From a virus, in the IMG/VR virus record IMGVR_UViG_3300032213_001988, positions 67,519 to 131,518 of that record: a stretch of DNA of 64,000 nt; one strand, written 5' to 3'. The notes under the pieces were generated by a model. The model did no database searches. It had not been told where the DNA came from and saw only the letters and a program-made list of their open reading frames with translations. Of the stretch, positions 36,079 through 43,530 are shown piece after piece. The translations under genes and the position numbers were made by a program. Each line of letters starts with the position of its first letter. Positions within the stretch are counted from its first letter, which is position 1.

Positions 36079-36245
36079 GCGTATTCCTCTTCCATCGCAT
36101 CATCAAAGTCTGCTGAGTAAACGCGATATGCAATTGGGTCACACTTGTAAAGGATGTCTGCTGCATCAAATGTTAGTCCTAGAATAACTACAGGACCACT
36201 GATGTCATTTATTGAATCATCAAATCGTTCGTTGCGTTCTATCAT
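36075..36245 (-). CDS. Small acidic phage protein
   Basis: FDAADILYKCDPIAYR; RBS motif; lies downstream of small RNA copy 2. Confidence 0.7.
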   Translation of the reverse strand: MIERNERFDDSINDISGPVVILGLTFDAADILYKCDPIAYRVYSADFDDAMEEEYA

Positions 36246-36274
36246 TGGGTATTCCTTTCGTCGTTTGATTAGGT

Positions 36275-36350
36275 ATACACAGGGCGCCGGGATTGTTTCC
36301 GTCCCGCATGCGTTACGAACGTTCAGGTGACCACCGGTCACCCTGTGTAT
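36275..36350 (-). ncRNA. Unnamed structured small RNA, copy 2
   Basis: Starts at the predicted +1 of promoter 36356. Closing helix AUACACAGGG/CCCUGUGUAU. Invariant core shared with copy 1. Confidence 0.75.
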
Positions 36351-36374
36351 GGTCTAATTATATCAGGCAGGAAG

Positions 36375-37028
36375 TTATGAAAGCAACTTCTTAAATTCTG
36401 CCAGCTTTGAGTTTGCGTCATCCAATTTCTTTTGGAGTTCCGCTGTGCGTTCAGCGACTAGCTTCTCAATCATAAAATCAAGAGCTGCCATGTCGCTAGA
36501 CGGGCGAGGCGCGCCAAGTACTTCTTCGGCAGTTGCCTTTGGGTTGAATGCTTTTTTAGATGCGGCCTTTGGACGACCAGCATGAGAGCCTTGCCCCTTT
36601 AGTGTTACGCCAGGGACTAGTTCGGCTGACTTTCGGAAAGGAACTCCGATTCCTTTACGGAAGAACATGAATGCAGGTTTGTTCATTGTTACGGGGACGC
36701 CATTCGCACGTAACTGGCGTTCCTCAAGAGACTCTTGTCGCATCAGGATATCTCCTGCTTTTACGAGAGCTTCAAGGTTGTAGCGAACTATAGCGTCGCT
36801 GTATGTCATTGAGCCGGAGAAGGCGTTGTTGATGTGAGCTGTGATCTCGAGAACTGAGAGTGGCTCGTTGTACTCATATACAGTTGCAAGTGCTAGCTCA
36901 CGAACATGAGCGCCAGTGCCTAGCTCTTTGACTGTCTTATAAGTTATCGATGTTATCGATGGTTTTGCGTTTCCATTGGCATCTTTCGTCAATGAAGTGA
37001 GTCTTGCTATTTCTTGTATTTTCGTCAT
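36375..37028 (-). CDS. Winged-HTH-like DNA-binding protein
   Basis: PLSVLEITAHIN...DAIVRYNLEALVKAGDI; leaderless ATG 7 nt after TATAAT. Confidence 0.65.
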   Translation of the reverse strand: MTKIQEIARLTSLTKDANGNAKPSITSITYKTVKELGTGAHVRELALATVYEYNEPLSVLEITAHINNAFSGSMTYSDAIVRYNLEALVKAGDILMRQESLEERQLRANGVPVTMNKPAFMFFRKGIGVPFRKSAELVPGVTLKGQGSHAGRPKAASKKAFNPKATAEEVLGAPRPSSDMAALDFMIEKLVAERTAELQKKLDDANSKLAEFKKLLS

Positions 37029-37075
37029 GGGGCGAATTATATCAGGTGGGAAATTATAATTGAAGCAGGCTTTTG

Positions 37076-37102
37076 AAAGTTGATATGGCTCATATCAACT
37101 TT
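37076..37102. repeat. Perfect 12-bp inverted repeat
   Basis: AAAGTTGATATG-gct-CATATCAACTTT. Confidence 0.8.
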
Positions 37103-37247
37103 GGACTTCTGCTAGCTGCGGCATCGAGCTTGTTCTTAGTAGTCTTACACGGAAGTTATAGCTACAAGCGGGCTACTGGTCCAAAATGTCCGGATTGTCC
37201 GGATTGGAAGCTGGGATGCCCCTAGATCTGAACTTCTACACGGAAGT

Positions 37248-38003
37248 CTAGCTAGCAGCAGCTGTGAACGTTCCGGTCTCACGACCAAGCCGTTGGAGTG
37301 AATCGATGTCGGGAATCCCGTTAGCGTCGTTTCCGACGAATCCAATTATCCGTTGGTAGTGCGCGTATGCTGCTAGCATGTGTCCGTCGAACAATCCGTC
37401 CTTACCTATACGCATGCCGACACGTTGAACCAACGCCCGTTGAACCAGCTCGATCTCCCTATTACGCTTGCCAGGCCTGATGTTTCCAACGTTGATCTCA
37501 GGCAAGCCCGTCTGCCCTGTGGCAATGGGCTTATACCCAGGCCGCCCAAATCCAAGTACATCGTGTCTAGTTCGTACCCGTCTGTACACACCGTCATTAA
37601 CCTTGCTGGCCCTAGGCAGGCCGCTATTAACGTTTGCCTCGATTGTCTGGATGTACCCGTCAGGCCTCCATGCCTGTGAATCGGCTACCAGGCCGACATG
37701 CAACATTCCAAAAGCTTCATCCGTCGCGAAGTTAAAGAACACAACGTCTCCAGGCTGGGGATTCTCACGCCACGCCCGTTGACGAATAAACTCAGCCAGG
37801 CCGCTAGGAGAGTAAACGCAGGCCGGTGATTGAAAGCCTGCCTCACGAAAAACAACATCGATAAACGCGCCCGACCATGCCAGGCCGCTATAGCCAACCG
37901 TCTCTCCAAACACAGAGACATTACCAGGCCTGCATTGATAACCGAGATATTTTTCGGCAGCGGCAATTACAAGACCAGGAGCGTCGGACGTCTTTTTAAG
38001 CAT
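37248..38003 (-). CDS. CHAP/NlpC-like amidase domain (catalytic Cys replaced by Ser) plus PG-binding-like domain
   Basis: AWSGAFID...PQPGDVVFF...HVGLV...TIEAN; C-terminal LVQRAL...DGLFD...AYAHYQR. Confidence 0.7.
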   Translation of the reverse strand: MLKKTSDAPGLVIAAAEKYLGYQCRPGNVSVFGETVGYSGLAWSGAFIDVVFREAGFQSPACVYSPSGLAEFIRQRAWRENPQPGDVVFFNFATDEAFGMLHVGLVADSQAWRPDGYIQTIEANVNSGLPRASKVNDGVYRRVRTRHDVLGFGRPGYKPIATGQTGLPEINVGNIRPGKRNREIELVQRALVQRVGMRIGKDGLFDGHMLAAYAHYQRIIGFVGNDANGIPDIDSLQRLGRETGTFTAAAS

Positions 38004-38007
38004 GCCG

Positions 38008-38193
38008 TTATCCTAACGTGTCAGCCGCCGCCAAGGAAACAATATATTGATACAGATCGTTGGCAATAGTCTCAGCCTCGTTTGCCCGTGCCGTTAGGCG
38101 AACGTGTTCCTCACGTGTTGAGCATAGCTCGAGATCACTTGCCATACGGTCAGCGTGTTCGCGTGCCGCAATCATTAAATCGTCAATGTCCAC
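38008..38193 (-). CDS. Small coiled-coil protein
   Basis: TAGTG overlap; 61 aa. Confidence 0.6.
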   Translation of the reverse strand: MDIDDLMIAAREHADRMASDLELCSTREEHVRLTARANEAETIANDLYQYIVSLAAADTLG

Positions 38194-39107
38194 TAGTCTT
38201 CCTTATCCTTTACCTCTTCAGCATCCTGGATGTCGCTAGTGTCATTTTCAACTACGCCTGCCTCTATTAAATCAAGCGCCCGTTGTCCAGCAGATGCTGC
38301 TAGACGGTCAAGCCGCTCTTGAATAATTATTGCCGCAGGCCTATCGTCTGTGACCTTAATGCTCGCGTCGAACTCTATACCGCCACGGACACCAGCGCGA
38401 TCTAGAATCTCCGTTGCCGCCTTAAGTTTTACCGGCTCAGAGACTGCGTTCTCCATCATGTCCTCTAACATGTCAACCGCGTAGGGAGCCGCCTGAGTTA
38501 GCTTTTGCCGTGCCCGTTCAATATCCTCGCCTGGTCTCTTCTTTACACTCCGGAGATGTACTCGACATAGTCCGTCATCCTTTGGCCGTCCGCTGCTCCA
38601 TAGCATGCAACGGATGTTGTCATCCTTGATTGTTCGACAGCGAGAGGGAAGCGCCGTTGGCTGTCTCTTTGCGGAGGCTACCGGTTCGTCCTGTTCCTTG
38701 ACCCACATCCGTGTCGCTCCGATGACCCAAGGTGGAACTAGGTAGTCCGTCGCCGCCTCGGCTAAAAGATCCAGGCCGGTTAAATAATCTGAGTTAATTG
38801 AGTCTGGGTCGACCATGATGGGCTTCTTCTCTGAGAGAGAAAGCATCCGCCGTTCCTTGGCCATCTCCATAGACCGTGCCATGATAAGACCGGTAGGCAC
38901 GCCGTTGGAGGAGTAGACCGTATCCCAGCCCATCTTGCCGTTGCGAAGAAGCTTACGGTTCTCGAAGGTATCCTCACAGACACCGCGCTCAACCTCAATG
39001 ATGCCGTAGGTTGAAAGATCCGGACGCAGGTTAATTGGCTCGTCAATTTCAATGACGGGCTTTTCTTCCTCCGTGGGCTGACCAAATAGATCTACATCTG
39101 TACTCAT
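38193..39107 (-). CDS. Putative terminase small subunit-like protein
   Basis: CRTIKDDNIRC...GLCRVH zinc knuckle followed by AVDMLEDMM...VKLKAATEILDRAG, as in actinophage TerS-like proteins. Confidence 0.5.
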   Translation of the reverse strand: MSTDVDLFGQPTEEEKPVIEIDEPINLRPDLSTYGIIEVERGVCEDTFENRKLLRNGKMGWDTVYSSNGVPTGLIMARSMEMAKERRMLSLSEKKPIMVDPDSINSDYLTGLDLLAEAATDYLVPPWVIGATRMWVKEQDEPVASAKRQPTALPSRCRTIKDDNIRCMLWSSGRPKDDGLCRVHLRSVKKRPGEDIERARQKLTQAAPYAVDMLEDMMENAVSEPVKLKAATEILDRAGVRGGIEFDASIKVTDDRPAAIIIQERLDRLAASAGQRALDLIEAGVVENDTSDIQDAEEVKDKED

Positions 39108-39201
39108 AGAAAACTATAGTATCTTTAAACAAAAAAGGAGACAGTCTCCGATCCGCGGGGGAGAGGACTGGGACCGGAGACTGCCTCGAGCTAAACCGTC
39201 T

Positions 39202-39462
39202 TTACTTCGCTACTTTTTTCTTAGCCTTCTTAGCAACCTCGGACTGCGCCGCAGCCAGAACCTTGCCGGCGATAAGACCAAATGCTGGATCCTTCTTGTT
39301 TAGGAAGCGAATGATGACTGGAACCACTGCTGCGATTCCGGCGTTTAGTAACATGGCAGGATCTGTTTGACCTGCTGAGTATAGGGCTACAACCGCTGCA
39401 ATAAAGGAACGTGCCCATGAAGCAAGCATTGCCTTTACCTGAGGTGTTAGTAGTTTATCCAT
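39202..39462 (-). CDS. Holin-like membrane protein
   Basis: Two TM helices (SWARSFIAAVVALY; AGIAAVVPVIIRFLN) and a basic tail. Confidence 0.65.
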   Translation of the reverse strand: MDKLLTPQVKAMLASWARSFIAAVVALYSAGQTDPAMLLNAGIAAVVPVIIRFLNKKDPAFGLIAGKVLAAAQSEVAKKAKKKVAK

Positions 39463-39616
39463 TAAGATATCTCCTTATGTGGACATAGGTTGTCCAACGA
39501 GATAACTGTATCGGGAATCTCGAGAAGTATTTTTGGAGAGAGAAGAGAAAAGACCTCGCTATGGTATCCTCAGAAACAGATTATATGAATACGAACGTGA
39601 CGGGGCGTCAAACTGC

Positions 39617-39910
39617 TTAGGGAGTACCTATCGACTTATCACCGCGAAGCAAGTCCTGTACACGACGAATCCCTAAAGTATAGAAGGTTTCCTCACCTTC
39701 CATACGAGATTCCCAGTCCTTAATCATCTCAGTCAAGGCGCCGTCTGTAGACTCAAACCAGTCCTTAAGAATGCTTCGTACTGCTCGCTCGGCTAGCTCA
39801 AGCTCAACCATAGGCTGTTCACCTTCTGAAGAGACAGCCATCGTCTTCATCGCATAGGTAACCCTCTGTATGAGTTGCTCTAGCTCGATGTTGCTATCTG
39901 TAGGGGTCAT
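39617..39910 (-). CDS. Hypothetical protein
   Basis: ORF track; operon strand. Confidence 0.65.
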   Translation of the reverse strand: MTPTDSNIELEQLIQRVTYAMKTMAVSSEGEQPMVELELAERAVRSILKDWFESTDGALTEMIKDWESRMEGEETFYTLGIRRVQDLLRGDKSIGTP

Positions 39911-40211
39911 ACTCGCCTGAGTCTTTCTTCCTGCTCCTGGATGTAGTTTCTAATGTCATCATAGTCACGTCAAGCTCTTCTGTAAGAACCTTAGGAAGAA
40001 GGATCGGAGGCTCAGGAGCGGGAGGAACATCTCGTATCTCTACTTCAAATAGTGGCTCACTGTCGTGAGGAGTCAGCGTCAGTACCATCTGGCCATCTCT
40101 CCAGACTACCTTCGCCGTCTTGCACGTCGGGTTTCCGCAAGTCTCCGCTTGGACTGCTAGCTTCTCCAGGTTGTCCGGGTTCTCCTGGAAGTTGCATATC
40201 TCGCACTTCAT
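39894..40211 (-). CDS. Hypothetical protein (Cys pairs)
   Basis: ATGA overlap upstream. Confidence 0.55.
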   Translation of the reverse strand: MKCEICNFQENPDNLEKLAVQAETCGNPTCKTAKVVWRDGQMVLTLTPHDSEPLFEVEIRDVPPAPEPPILLPKVLTEELDVTMMTLETTSRSRKKDSGEYDPYR

Positions 40212-40966
40212 ATAACATTCTCCTGTATCTCTTTTAAGACCCTGTCATGCATACCAGTCTCGTGAAATCTAGTATAGAGCTCTTCCATACTTTGATGAGG
40301 CTTAATGTACTTGTGCTGCAGGCAGGCGTCTATTTGATTTATTATGGTAGGTGTTAGCTTAAATGCCTTAAACACTACTTTCTTTTTAGTGTTAAACTTG
40401 ATGTATGCGATAGGCTCGCCCTCTTCTATAGTCAGGCGGTTGATTCCTTCCCAGAGTTGATATATCAAGACAAATGGTCTAAACCAGGAAGATATATCAA
40501 ATCCAATTGAAGAGATAAACCCCTGAGTGGCTTGAGAAGTCTTGTGCATGTAAGGTGGAGTGATTGACACCTCAAGAGGTTCGGAAGAGAAAAACATGTA
40601 AGACATATCAAAATCTACAGAATGTGCACCTTGTATAGAAGATATGCGTTCTCTAAACCATCCTCCGTACTTCTGATTCTGTTCTATCACACCGTTTTGG
40701 TCTAGGTATATGTCGCATGGGAAGGGAGATCTCACAACAAAGGTATTTTCTACAAGAGTATGCAAAGCAGAGCATGATTGGTACTCTCCTGGATGTGGTT
40801 GCTCATACGCGGGTGGGACGGGAGGATTGATTGCTCGTCTTTTTTGGATGTCGCCCATTAAAGACTTGGGCTGTATATCCAACAAGATCTGCTGGTGCTG
40901 TCTATCAAGAAGAGCGTGAGGTGACCAATAGACTATTACCTCTTCTTGTTTAGTTTTATTAACCAT
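40208..40966 (-). CDS. Hypothetical protein (possible dUTPase-like/beta fold, DUF6065-related)
   Basis: 252 aa; ISSWFRPF...IEEGEPIAYIKF. Confidence 0.65.
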   Translation of the reverse strand: MVNKTKQEEVIVYWSPHALLDRQHQQILLDIQPKSLMGDIQKRRAINPPVPPAYEQPHPGEYQSCSALHTLVENTFVVRSPFPCDIYLDQNGVIEQNQKYGGWFRERISSIQGAHSVDFDMSYMFFSSEPLEVSITPPYMHKTSQATQGFISSIGFDISSWFRPFVLIYQLWEGINRLTIEEGEPIAYIKFNTKKKVVFKAFKLTPTIINQIDACLQHKYIKPHQSMEELYTRFHETGMHDRVLKEIQENVI

Positions 40967-41186
40967 CTTGCTCTCTCCTCTTCTTTGTTTTAGTGGCTGA
41001 TCCTAAATCTTGTGGTACCCAATCTTTGTTGCATTCACAACAACAGATCCAAAGCTTCTCATAGTACGGAAGCTCGTGACGACATACCTCGTGATCTCCT
41101 GCATTGCAGAATCCACACGGATGCTTCATAACAATAGCCTCTCGTGGACCTTTGTAGTCCTGAGGCTTTTCTTCTGGTCTCGCCAT
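40959..41186 (-). CDS. Small Cys-rich protein
   Basis: CGFC...HEVC...WICCCEC. Confidence 0.65.
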   Translation of the reverse strand: MARPEEKPQDYKGPREAIVMKHPCGFCNAGDHEVCRHELPYYEKLWICCCECNKDWVPQDLGSATKTKKRREQDG

Positions 41187-41869
41187 TAAATCTCATAGAC
41201 TGTCTCTTTATGATGACGAACCTTTACCGTTGGGTCTAGCCAGATCTTATATCCGTTAGCCTTAGCAAGTTCGCACCAGGAGTAGTCCTCTCCCATGTTA
41301 ACCCTTAGGTCGCGAGTAGGTTCCCACTGAATCTTTGCGATAAGAAACCAAGGACGAGGAAGATCTTCAAAGACTCCAGTCTTCACCGCAAGAAAACCAA
41401 ACCCAACACCACCGACCTCTACAGGTTCTTCATGGAGAATAAACTCGATCTTGTTTACGCGAGTAGGAACTCCATGCTTGTTAGGGAAACCTACTGCAAC
41501 AGACCCAGCAGGGTCAAGTTGATAAAGCCCAGAGACTACAGGAAGATCGGAACTGTACAACTTTATGAAGTCAACAGGCTCCCACTCAATATCGGAGTCA
41601 ATCCAAAAAATCTTGTTGTACGTAAATCTACCTGAAGCAATGGAAGATACATTGTAATCGTGCACAGCTGAATCAATGGCAGTTAGCTCGCGGGCAGTCG
41701 CCACAAAGGAAGACTGGCGATTGAGAAACGTGTAGGTAATTCCTAGATCATCAAGAGTCGCGCATGTACTCACCAAGCTCTTCACGTACTCGGCCTTCAT
41801 GGAAGTACCTGGAGTAGCGATAACCACATCATAGTGAGGAACGTCCTCAGCGCTACTTACCGCTGACAT
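41186..41869 (-). CDS. GT-A fold glycosyltransferase-like protein
   Basis: IATPG...FWIDSD...GFGFLAV...GEDYSWC...H. Confidence 0.8.
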   Translation of the reverse strand: MSAVSSAEDVPHYDVVIATPGTSMKAEYVKSLVSTCATLDDLGITYTFLNRQSSFVATARELTAIDSAVHDYNVSSIASGRFTYNKIFWIDSDIEWEPVDFIKLYSSDLPVVSGLYQLDPAGSVAVGFPNKHGVPTRVNKIEFILHEEPVEVGGVGFGFLAVKTGVFEDLPRPWFLIAKIQWEPTRDLRVNMGEDYSWCELAKANGYKIWLDPTVKVRHHKETVYEI

Positions 41870-42321
41870 CAGACCTCCTGTCTACACTTCTGGCACAGCA
41901 AGGCATCAAACCCAGTCGCCTTACTTGTTGATATACCTCGTTGGGTTACAGGCACAGGGGACACTGGACCTTCAGTCCCACAACGGTCACACTGCTTATC
42001 GACCAGCCAACGTATCTCTAGTCCCTTAGTCACCGCAGCAGCAAGTCCTCGACCCAACGCGTGCATTGGACCTGCACCTTCAGTCTTCCTTAGGAAAGGC
42101 CTCACATCGTTACACTCGATAACCGCACGGTTCTTCTTGCATGGGCATTCCATACGGGTCGGTTTACAGAACACCAGACCATTGATAATTGTGTGACGCG
42201 ACATTGGGTGCCCACACAGGCAGATCCTTCCATCACGCTCTGGCGGCTTCTGTCTTAGACGTATGTCCTCGTCAGTTGCTTCCTCAAGCGTAAAGTCCAT
42301 AAACTCAAAGGGATTACTCAC
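41869..42321 (-). CDS. Cys-rich hypothetical protein
   Basis: Start re-called to GTG 42321; CLCGH...CPC and CDRC...CQKC. Confidence 0.65.
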   Translation of the reverse strand: MSNPFEFMDFTLEEATDEDIRLRQKPPERDGRICLCGHPMSRHTIINGLVFCKPTRMECPCKKNRAVIECNDVRPFLRKTEGAGPMHALGRGLAAAVTKGLEIRWLVDKQCDRCGTEGPVSPVPVTQRGISTSKATGFDALLCQKCRQEV

Positions 42322-42512
42322 TATGGGTTTACGCCTGACATGCGAAGACCAAAGTACATTGCTACCGATAACATAATAAGAGCAGGCACAAGGAACTGAA
42401 ACCATCTACCTGTCTTTGTCTTGCTAAACTCATCTCTACCAACGTACATGACAAACGTACCGGCCACAACTGCAATGGCTATTGCGATCTCGGTACTCCA
42501 GTTTTCAATCAT
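42321..42512 (-). CDS. Small two-TM protein
   Basis: GAAAGGA RBS; hydrophobic. Confidence 0.65.
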   Translation of the reverse strand: MIENWSTEIAIAIAVVAGTFVMYVGRDEFSKTKTGRWFQFLVPALIMLSVAMYFGLRMSGVNP

Positions 42513-42860
42513 AAAAATCCTTTCGTTGGAGTCATAATATACTGCTTCTTACAAAATGTATACTATATTAGTTAACTTTGTGAAACTATAATTAGAGACT
42601 ATTATTCTAGTTAGCCCCACTCCTAGATCACGTACACGTAAACTAAATATAATCTTAATTCATAGATACATAATATACTAGTATCGGCATACTAAGCGCT
42701 TTTACTATTTTATTTTTACTTTTACGCTTAGTGCCACCTTCCTAATCTTCCCTCCTCTAACTTTTTATTTTCTGCTATTTCCGCTTAGTATGTTCTAGGG
42801 CGCTCGTCTTTTTACGCCCCCCTATTTTGCCTCCTGGCCCTGTCCTGATATAATTCGTTT
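42513..42860. other. AT-rich non-coding divergence point between minus- and plus-strand arms
   Basis: No ORF; pyrimidine-rich plus strand 42680-42830; plus-strand promoter CCTGATATAATT at 42844. Confidence 0.7.
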
Positions 42861-43202
42861 ATGCTACTTACGTTGTTCGCCTACCTCATCTGGAAGGACG
42901 GTCGTGACCGTGACCGGAACCCAGATGTCGATGAGGCATGGAACCGGCTAATTATCTCCTTCCTATTTCTAATGTTTCTTTGGCCCTTTATTCTTATAAA
43001 GCTTGGCGAGCAGCTAGAGCAGGATAAGCACCGAAACGTCTGGGTAGTATCAATCACCTGTTTTACTCTTCTGCTATCTGCCTTCTCAGGAATCGGCGGA
43101 TACCTGGCGTTTGGAATCTTTATTGCACTTGCAAAGGGAATCGGATACCTGTACTACGCATACAAGATTAACGCAGAATCTCAAAAAGAAACACAGGAGT
43201 AA
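42861..43202 (+). CDS. Membrane protein
   Basis: Leaderless ATG 6 nt after TATAAT; 3-4 TM helices. Confidence 0.7.
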   Translation: MLLTLFAYLIWKDGRDRDRNPDVDEAWNRLIISFLFLMFLWPFILIKLGEQLEQDKHRNVWVVSITCFTLLLSAFSGIGGYLAFGIFIALAKGIGYLYYAYKINAESQKETQE

Positions 43203-43240
43203 GCAAGTCATACCCTGCTTTATCGTGTAAAATTATCTAC

Positions 43241-43516
43241 ATGCAGGAAGATGTTATCTATAACCACCCGCTGTTTGTAGAGGCAGTTAGCCGTAACCTA
43301 CAGCGCGTATCTGCATGTTCACACACTGTCGCAATGGTTCGAGAGAACCTTGTAGACCCCATTAGCTTAGAGCGCAGAGCGGATCTTCTCATCGCGGTAG
43401 AGGATCTTGTCAACGAGGTTATGACCCTTGCATTTGACGTTCGCGCATTGACGTGGCCAGACAAAGAAGCTCACCCGTCCTATATACCTGACTCCGACTC
43501 AGACACCCAATACTAG
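43241..43516 (+). CDS. Hypothetical protein
   Basis: Leaderless start after TAAAAT. Confidence 0.7.
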   Translation: MQEDVIYNHPLFVEAVSRNLQRVSACSHTVAMVRENLVDPISLERRADLLIAVEDLVNEVMTLAFDVRALTWPDKEAHPSYIPDSDSDTQY

Positions 43517-43530
43517 CAATAAGGAAGTAA

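Larger units (their letters stand above)
20985..36262 (-). promoter_or_regulatory. Repeated start-associated/RBS motif (A/T)GACGAA(A/G)GG
   Basis: Plus-strand cc(t/c)ttcgtc(g/a)-like words a few nt from start codons at about 20985, 22507, 23698, 27342, 27841, 28117, 29141, 29538, 30955, 31253, 32086, 34289, 35378, 35883 and 36254. Confidence 0.8.
22109..37046 (-). promoter_or_regulatory. Dispersed array of 19 extended -10 promoters, consensus CC(T/A)(A/G)CCTGATATAATT
   Basis: Plus-strand word aattatatcagg at 22109, 23733, 24076, 24307, 24832, 26018, 27361, 27521, 27886, 28138, 29161, 30993, 31279, 32147, 34315, 35405, 35905, 36356 and 37035. Variants at 30261 and 63019, and on the opposite strand at 42844. 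Contains TGnTATAAT. Confidence 0.9.

Noticed and set aside
22109-37046. CRISPR array interpretation of the repeated 12-20-nt motif
   Set aside because: Spacing is irregular (160 nt to about 2 kb), the intervening DNA is coding, the motif is a TGnTATAAT promoter, and no cas genes are present.
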